From assembly GCF_004099695.1 (NCBI RefSeq), contig NZ_SCHL01000002.1:184351-208350 (forward strand): a DNA stretch of 24,000 bases, in the 5' to 3' direction. This document shows positions 19,216 through 24,000 of this stretch, piece after piece. Source of the stretch: Methanosarcina sp. MSH10X1 (lineage in GTDB: Archaea; Halobacteriota; Methanosarcinia; Methanosarcinales; Methanosarcinaceae). Made by a program: the position numbers and the translations under genes. Positions within the stretch are counted from its first letter, which is position 1; every line of letters starts with the position of its first letter. The notes under the pieces were generated by a model that saw nothing but the letters and a program-made list of their open reading frames with translations, was not told where the DNA came from and did not search any database.

Positions 19216-19340
19216 CTATAAAGATTTGATATTTTTTAACTTTACATCAGCTTTATCTATAAAAGTTTGATATTTTCTTAACTTTACATCAGCTTTATCT
19301 ATAAAAGTTTGATATTTTCTTAACTTTACATCAGTTTTTA
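19216..19340. repeat. 41-42 bp tandem repeat, 3 copies, in a convergent 3' intergenic region
   Basis: The unit CTATAAAAGTTTGATATTTTCTTAACTTTACATCAGCTTTAT has anchors (CTATA) at 19216, 19257 and 19299. The last copy contains the stop codon (19331-19333) of the minus-strand HExxH gene. Confidence 0.9.
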
Positions 19341-20311
19341 CTATTTAATTTAAATCCCATATTATTTAACTCCGTGTCAATCCCATCAAAGAGTTCCCTC
19401 AATGCTATGCTGAGCCTGCGGGCTTCTACCTGCCACACCCTTTTGCTTACCTGCATGTCTCCTCCGGCTTTGACAGCTGCCATCCATGCATATTTTCTGG
19501 CGATTTTTTTATTGTTAGAAGGAAAACGGAAAGCTTTTCCGGTCTTCTGGTTGCTATATTTTTCATTGATCAGGAATTCGTATATCTCCTGGACTCTTTC
19601 AAGCAGTTTTTTCTCACTTTCAGAACCCGATGCCCCAAACAGGACCAGGTTCCAGAGGCGGAACAGCACATTATGATATTCAGTAGAAAGATTCCTGGAA
19701 ACCGAAACTTCTATCATCTTCCTGAATTCAAAGTAAATATCCGTATTTCCGAAACCTGAAGGCAGGTGATTCCCAAGCGAAATCATAACGTGAATGCACT
19801 CATGAAAAAGAATTCTGGCTATAAGGAATTCAACTCTCTCCTGCAAGTTCCAGAATTTGCTTACAAGCGCTTCGTCCCATAGCTGGTAAGGGTTAACAAT
19901 GATCATGGACCTGTAGGTAATCCTCTTCTCTTTTTGTGAGACCAGCCTTTTGGGGTAAAGAGTCATTCCTAGCATTTTCCCGAAAAACTGAACCCTGACA
20001 GCCAGATCCCAGCAGTACTCCCATTCTCCTGAACTTGCACACTTCACCCTGTAGTAGTTCCCATCAAAATGTACTTTCTCAAGCAGCCGGTACATATCTT
20101 TACTGTGTAATTTGATTAATGACTTTACCCTGGACTCCCGATAGATCCGAAGGTCAAAATAGGGCACATTCGGGATAGAAGCAGAAGATAAATCATATGT
20201 AGATGTGCCTAGATCCTGGAATCCATAAGGCCATAAATTTGAGTTGCTGTCCCAAATATTGACCTCATTCTCAACTGGCCCTGCCTTCTTCTTCATTAAA
20301 TCCCCTCGCAT
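19331..20311 (-). CDS. Hypothetical protein with HExxH zinc-metallopeptidase-like motif
   Basis: 326 aa ORF with no signal peptide or TM helix. It carries a single HExxH (ARILFHECIHVMISLGNH). The real start is probably the second ATG at 20296 (MKKKAGP), which has the SD GAGGGG 6 nt upstream. A TATA-like TTTATATA on the minus strand at 20343-20350 would put the TSS near 20320. Confidence 0.6.
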   Translation of the reverse strand: MRGDLMKKKAGPVENEVNIWDSNSNLWPYGFQDLGTSTYDLSSASIPNVPYFDLRIYRESRVKSLIKLHSKDMYRLLEKVHFDGNYYRVKCASSGEWEYCWDLAVRVQFFGKMLGMTLYPKRLVSQKEKRITYRSMIIVNPYQLWDEALVSKFWNLQERVEFLIARILFHECIHVMISLGNHLPSGFGNTDIYFEFRKMIEVSVSRNLSTEYHNVLFRLWNLVLFGASGSESEKKLLERVQEIYEFLINEKYSNQKTGKAFRFPSNNKKIARKYAWMAAVKAGGDMQVSKRVWQVEARRLSIALRELFDGIDTELNNMGFKLNSKN

Positions 20312-20342
20312 AAGATACCCTATAAGATATTATTACTGAAGA

Positions 20343-20350
20343 TATATAAA
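20343..20350 (-). promoter_or_regulatory. Candidate TATA box for the HExxH gene
   Basis: The minus strand reads TTTATATA, about 32 nt upstream of the ATG at 20311 and about 47 nt upstream of the ATG at 20296. This matches the archaeal TATA consensus. No experimental TSS is available. Confidence 0.3.
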
Positions 20351-20413
20351 AATTGACCAATAGGCAGCAGGGAATGAGATAAAGTTTTACCCCGGCTTAG
20401 AAAGGAAAAGTTA

Positions 20414-21157
20414 TCATTTGTTTTCGGTCTCTTTACTGAGATATCCGCAGACCGGGCAATTATTTAGCTTTGAGAGTGAAATTTCACTGAAATTTCCTGA
20501 AAGCCCGTTCCAGAATAAAAGGCGGCCTTCCAGAAGCTTTCCCTGCCCTGTCAGAAATTTTATTGCCTCATTCGCCTGGATAGAGCCAATGATGCCTGGA
20601 GTAACTCCTAAAACCGGAAAAACTTCCTTTCTGGAAATGCGCGGGAAGATACAGTAAAAGCAGGGGGTTTCTCCAGGCACTATTGTTGTCACCTGGCCAT
20701 CATACCCCGTAACTGCTCCATGAATTAAAGGAATTCTTCTTTTTATGGCTAGCCTGTTAAGCATATGTCTCGTTTCGAGGTTATCAAGAGCATCAACTAT
20801 AACATCACATTCAGGAACCAGGGCTTCGAGATTTGATTCAGTAAGCATTTCTGCTATGGTCTCAACACTAATATCCGGGTTCATGGAAAGCAGCTTTTCC
20901 TTTGCTGACTCTACCTTAAGCCTTCCGATATCCTTTTCATGATGCAGAAACTGCCTGTTTAGATTGCTCGGATCCACGGAATCGAAATCCGCAAGAATTA
21001 TTTTTCCGACTCCGGCTATTGCAAGATAGGTGGAAACCGGACTTCCCAGCCCACCTGCCCCGGCAACCAGTACTTTTGCATTCTTCAATTTTTCCTGCCC
21101 TTCTTCCCCAAAGAGAAGGATCTGCCGGTTGTATTTTTCACGTTCAAAATCATTCAT
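20414..21157 (-). CDS. ThiF/MoeB/UbaA-family E1-like adenylyltransferase (no rhodanese domain)
   Basis: 247 aa. It has YNRQILLFGEEGQEKLKNAKVLVAGAGGLGS (Rossmann/ATP loop), DFDSVDPSNLNRQ, DALDNLETRHMLN, and two CxxC pairs (CFYC, CPVC) forming the structural zinc site typical of MoeB/ThiF/UbaA. Confidence 0.88.
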   Translation of the reverse strand: MNDFEREKYNRQILLFGEEGQEKLKNAKVLVAGAGGLGSPVSTYLAIAGVGKIILADFDSVDPSNLNRQFLHHEKDIGRLKVESAKEKLLSMNPDISVETIAEMLTESNLEALVPECDVIVDALDNLETRHMLNRLAIKRRIPLIHGAVTGYDGQVTTIVPGETPCFYCIFPRISRKEVFPVLGVTPGIIGSIQANEAIKFLTGQGKLLEGRLLFWNGLSGNFSEISLSKLNNCPVCGYLSKETENK

Positions 21158-21171
21158 GCAAGGACTCCGGA

Positions 21172-21394
21172 ATATTGCTTAATTAGACGCTGCTTAATTT
21201 AAATATTGATTAAATTAAATATTGATTAGATTAAATATTGCTTAATTTAAATATTGATTAGATTAAATATTGATTAGATTAAATATTGATTAGATTAAAT
21301 ATTGATTAGATTAAATATTGATTAATTTAGATATTTCTTAATTTAGATATTGCTTAATTTAGATATTGATTAAATTAAATATTGATTAATTTCA
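21172..21394. repeat. 16-bp tandem repeat array, ~14 units (consensus ATATTGATTAGATTAA)
   Basis: Twelve in-phase 16-bp units follow a degenerate 31-bp head. Four central units are identical (ATATTGATTAGATTAA), with flanking variants ATATTGCTTAATTTAA, ATATTGATTAAATTAA, ATATTGATTAATTTAG and ATATTTCTTAATTTAG. The array begins 15 bp upstream of the E1-like gene start codon (21157). Confidence 0.92.
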
Positions 21395-21837
21395 TGATAC
21401 AGGTAATTTCAGAATTTCTCTGTTTCAGATATGATTTCTATCTTTCGTCATCGGGAATACTTTTGTTTCAGACGAGTTACATATTCTTATTGATGTTTGA
21501 CTTCCCTACGCATAACTCCTTCGGATGCTAAGGGACAGAACTGGCAGGAACTTTAATCAGGACGGAACCAGACAAGCGCATAAAATTCGGTGAAAACCCT
21601 GGTTTCAGGAGGAAGGCAGAAAGATATATCACTGAGAAGAAACATAATCCGCAGGCATATTGGTGGTAGGGACAGGAATTTTTAGAAAAATTAATTAAGG
21701 CACGGCCCACAAAAATAGGGAGTTCATTTTTAATATTACGCTCTGACCGGCTATTGCAATTCACTGTTATAGCAGCTTTCTCGTACACACTACAGGCAGG
21801 ATGCTGAAAAAATAAATCTATAAAGGTTTTGGAATTT

Positions 21838-23352
21838 ATGAGAGTCCTGGATTTAAAAAATACGGTTATCAATATCAAACAGGAGTTTTCAGACTACTTT
21901 AAAGAACGGGATGCTGAAATCAACGGGTCTCTTCTTGCACTTCTTTCTGGCGAGCATATCCTTTTACTGGGCCCGCCAGGGACTGCAAAAACCCTGCTTG
22001 CAAATAAAATCTGCGAAACTATCGAGGGAGGAAACTTTTTTCATTATCTTCTGACCCGCTTTTCCACGCCTGAAGAGGTATTCGGACCGCTTTCCCTCAA
22101 GGCGCTTGAGAGGGACGAATTCAGTAGACGGATAGAGGGCTATCTTCCAACTGCCCATATAGCGCTGCTTGACGAGATTTTTAAAGCAAATAGCTCCATC
22201 CTGAACAGCCTGCTGACTGTACTGAATGAGAGAAAATACCACAACGGTAAGGAGCTTATAGAGGTGCCCCTGTTTTCCGTTTTCGGGGCTTCAAATGAGC
22301 TGCCTGAGGAAGATGAGAGCCTCGAAGCTCTTTATGACCGGTTTCTGTTCAGGTACAGAGTCGATTATATCCAGCATGAAGAGAACCTCGAAGACCTGAT
22401 CTTCAAAAACACGGAAGATTTTGAACCTTCAACGAAACTCAGTATAGATGATATAAGAGAAGTCCAGCGGAAGGCAAGAAACCTCCCGGTTGATTCTGAG
22501 GTCCGGGCCGTTATAAAGGCGCTCCGAAGAGAACTTAAGAACTCCAATATTTTTGTCTCGGACAGACGCTGGAAAAAAATCGTGAATATACTCAGGGTAG
22601 CCTCAGTTGTGAACGGGCATTCCAGCGTAAACCGGATGACTGCTGTCCTGCTACAGCACATGCTCTGGGACGTGCCTGAACAGAAGGAAGCGATCCGGAA
22701 AATTATTCTGGATAGGGTTGTTTCAGGGGGCACGGATACAGGCAAGCTGAAACTGGACATTTTTGACCTGAAAAACTCCATTTACAGTTGTCTTCAGCAG
22801 GAACTACCGGATCTTGTAGCCTGTAATAAATGCTATGAAGAAGACCGAAAAACAGCAGGTGGTATGAAAAGTTCAAGGTTCTCAGGGGTCAGAACCCAGA
22901 GAAATCTCACATTTGACAATGCCCTCGACCTTTTGAAACATCATACCGAGTTTCCAACCCATACATACAGCTTCGGGCTCGATCATAGCAATCTCAATAG
23001 TTCCCTGAACTTCGAATCCCTGGCAGAGCAGTTCCGCAGGAAATATGGATTTGAATTCAAGATCAGTCTCGACTACGGAGATAAGAAACTCTACGAAAAA
23101 GAGTACGAAAATCTGGAGGAGAGAGTGAATTATTTCAGAAGGCAAATCCAGGAAGAAGAAAAAGCGCTTGAGGACACTCTGAGAGAAAATATCTGGATTT
23201 CAGGGCAGGACGGCCAGGAAATCCTGATGAAATATCGCTCGAAAAATACCGACATCTACGAGATTGTAAGTAATTTAAGCGAAATCAGGCTCTTGCTGGA
23301 AAAACCCAGAGTATTTGATGTAGCCGTTGAAAAAGCAGGAGAGGTAGCCTGA
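21838..23352 (+). CDS. MoxR-class AAA+ ATPase, RavA-like N-terminal half with divergent C-terminal ~200 aa
   Basis: The ORF-track start at 21829 is TTG, and the ATG at 21838 (MRVLDLKN) is more likely. Motifs are Walker A LLLGPPGTAKT, TRFSTPEEVFGPLS, Walker B/sensor IALLDEIFKANSSILNSLLTVLNER, ASNELPEEDESLEALYDR and VSDRRWKK. All match blocks I recall from E. coli RavA. Confidence 0.88.
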   Translation: MRVLDLKNTVINIKQEFSDYFKERDAEINGSLLALLSGEHILLLGPPGTAKTLLANKICETIEGGNFFHYLLTRFSTPEEVFGPLSLKALERDEFSRRIEGYLPTAHIALLDEIFKANSSILNSLLTVLNERKYHNGKELIEVPLFSVFGASNELPEEDESLEALYDRFLFRYRVDYIQHEENLEDLIFKNTEDFEPSTKLSIDDIREVQRKARNLPVDSEVRAVIKALRRELKNSNIFVSDRRWKKIVNILRVASVVNGHSSVNRMTAVLLQHMLWDVPEQKEAIRKIILDRVVSGGTDTGKLKLDIFDLKNSIYSCLQQELPDLVACNKCYEEDRKTAGGMKSSRFSGVRTQRNLTFDNALDLLKHHTEFPTHTYSFGLDHSNLNSSLNFESLAEQFRRKYGFEFKISLDYGDKKLYEKEYENLEERVNYFRRQIQEEEKALEDTLRENIWISGQDGQEILMKYRSKNTDIYEIVSNLSEIRLLLEKPRVFDVAVEKAGEVA

Positions 23353-23444
23353 GACTTAAAAAAGGGAAATAAGAGCTAATTGAAAGATTCTCAAAGCTCG
23401 TAAATTCTCGTAAGGCGCAGGAGAATCTTCGGAAAAGGAAAAAT

Positions 23445-24000
23445 ATGCAGGAATTAAAACGACGTAAAGAAAATTTCGAGAGCATTTCCGGACCAGGCTC
23501 ATCTCTATCATTCAGCCATACCTTTAATCCTTCCACAATATTGAATCTTGAACTCAGGGAAGTCCTGGCGGCTCCACGGCGAATGCCAAGACAAATCAGG
23601 GAAGATATTGCGGAGGTTCTTATTTACGAGCTTTTTTCCGAAGATGGGTACGAAATAAAGGATGAAAAGCTCTTCATGAGCAAATTCGGAGCTTTGTATC
23701 CGATTCTTCTTGGCTTGAGAGATTCCAGAGCCTGGACTGAAATAAAAGCTCTTGCAGGAACTACTAATCTGGCAGGTGTTTTTGTTCTGAAAGTCCTGCT
23801 TGAAGAACTTTTTACACTTATGGATGAATATGGGAAAATAGAATCCGAATTTTCAAAAAGATCCACAAAAAACCTCGAAAAAGGGTTTAAGGCTCTGGGG
23901 AACCTTATAGACGAAACTCTAAAAGCATGGGAAAGAAATAGAATCAGAAGCGTAGAGAGAAGTTTCCTCCCGCAGGAAAATCCGGATGTACCCTATCGAC
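23445..24000 (+). CDS. Hypothetical protein, 5' part only (possible ViaA/VWA-type partner of the RavA-like ATPase; the VWA domain, if any, lies beyond the window)
   Basis: The frame is open from the ATG at 23445 (in-frame TAA at 23370; AAAGGA 5 nt upstream) to the window end: MQELKRRKENFESISGPGSS...FGALYPILLGLRDSRAWTEIKALAGTTNLAGVFVLKVLLEELFTLMDEYGK... It lies 92 nt downstream of and co-oriented with the ATPase. It is missing from the ORF track because it is truncated. Confidence 0.6.
   Translation, partial: MQELKRRKENFESISGPGSSLSFSHTFNPSTILNLELREVLAAPRRMPRQIREDIAEVLIYELFSEDGYEIKDEKLFMSKFGALYPILLGLRDSRAWTEIKALAGTTNLAGVFVLKVLLEELFTLMDEYGKIESEFSKRSTKNLEKGFKALGNLIDETLKAWERNRIRSVERSFLPQENPDVPYR

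Noticed and set aside
21172-21394. Possible CRISPR array
   Set aside because: The units are only 16 bp and directly abut one another with no unique spacers. There is no leader/cas context, so it is a simple tandem repeat.
21528-21878. 116 aa minus-strand ORF overlapping the start of the RavA-like gene
   Set aside because: It overlaps the 5' end of a well-supported gene and the promoter region. The translation has no recognisable features and the ORF is likely spurious.
17622-24000. tRNA-Thr-anchored genomic island or integrated element downstream of the tRNA
   Set aside because: I found no integrase or recombinase and no direct repeat of the tRNA 3' end (e.g. GTTCGAATCACGCACGAGG) downstream. 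The gene content is not phage- or plasmid-like.

Overview
This window looks like a Methanosarcina-type (Methanosarcinales) chromosomal segment, moderate GC with very AT-rich intergenic spacers, and most of it is core housekeeping. In order:
(1) A tungstate/molybdate ABC transporter wtpA-wtpB-wtpC on the minus strand (1-2143).
(2) A sodium:solute symporter with an extra C-terminal soluble domain (2513-4432).
(3) A xylose-isomerase-like TIM-barrel gene (4484-5293, minus).
(4) A ~780 bp AT-rich leader, then the complete eight-gene methyl-H4MPT:coenzyme M methyltransferase operon mtrEDCBAFGH (6077-11014, plus) with tightly coupled or overlapping gene junctions.
(5) A 1.3 kb gene-free stretch with several repeat and inverted-repeat structures (11015-12341).
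(6) An orphan ribbon-helix-helix protein with a large uncharacterised C-terminal region (12342-13481).
(7) A minus-strand cluster of class II aldolase, CDP-alcohol phosphatidyltransferase, archease and RtcB RNA ligase (13677-17475).
(8) tRNA-Thr(UGU) (17622-17695).
(9) A small peroxiredoxin (18556-19014).
(10) An HExxH protein of unknown family and a ThiF/MoeB/UbaA-type E1-like enzyme (19331-21157, minus).
(11) A 14-unit 16-bp tandem array that fills the divergent promoter region (21172-21394).
(12) A RavA-like MoxR AAA+ ATPase with a non-RavA C-terminal half, followed by a partner ORF that runs off the window (21838-24000).

I found no CRISPR array, rRNA, transposase, integrase or obvious prophage/defence gene. 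I do not see a complete, convincing new system. The best candidates for follow-up are the RavA-like ATPase with its truncated partner, the 16-bp repeat array in the divergent promoter, the E1-like/HExxH gene pair, the RHH protein behind the structured 1.3 kb non-coding region, and the short tandem arrays (periods 41, 20, 41-42 and 16 bp) in four different intergenic spacers. All homology statements rest on motif recognition by eye, not on database searches.
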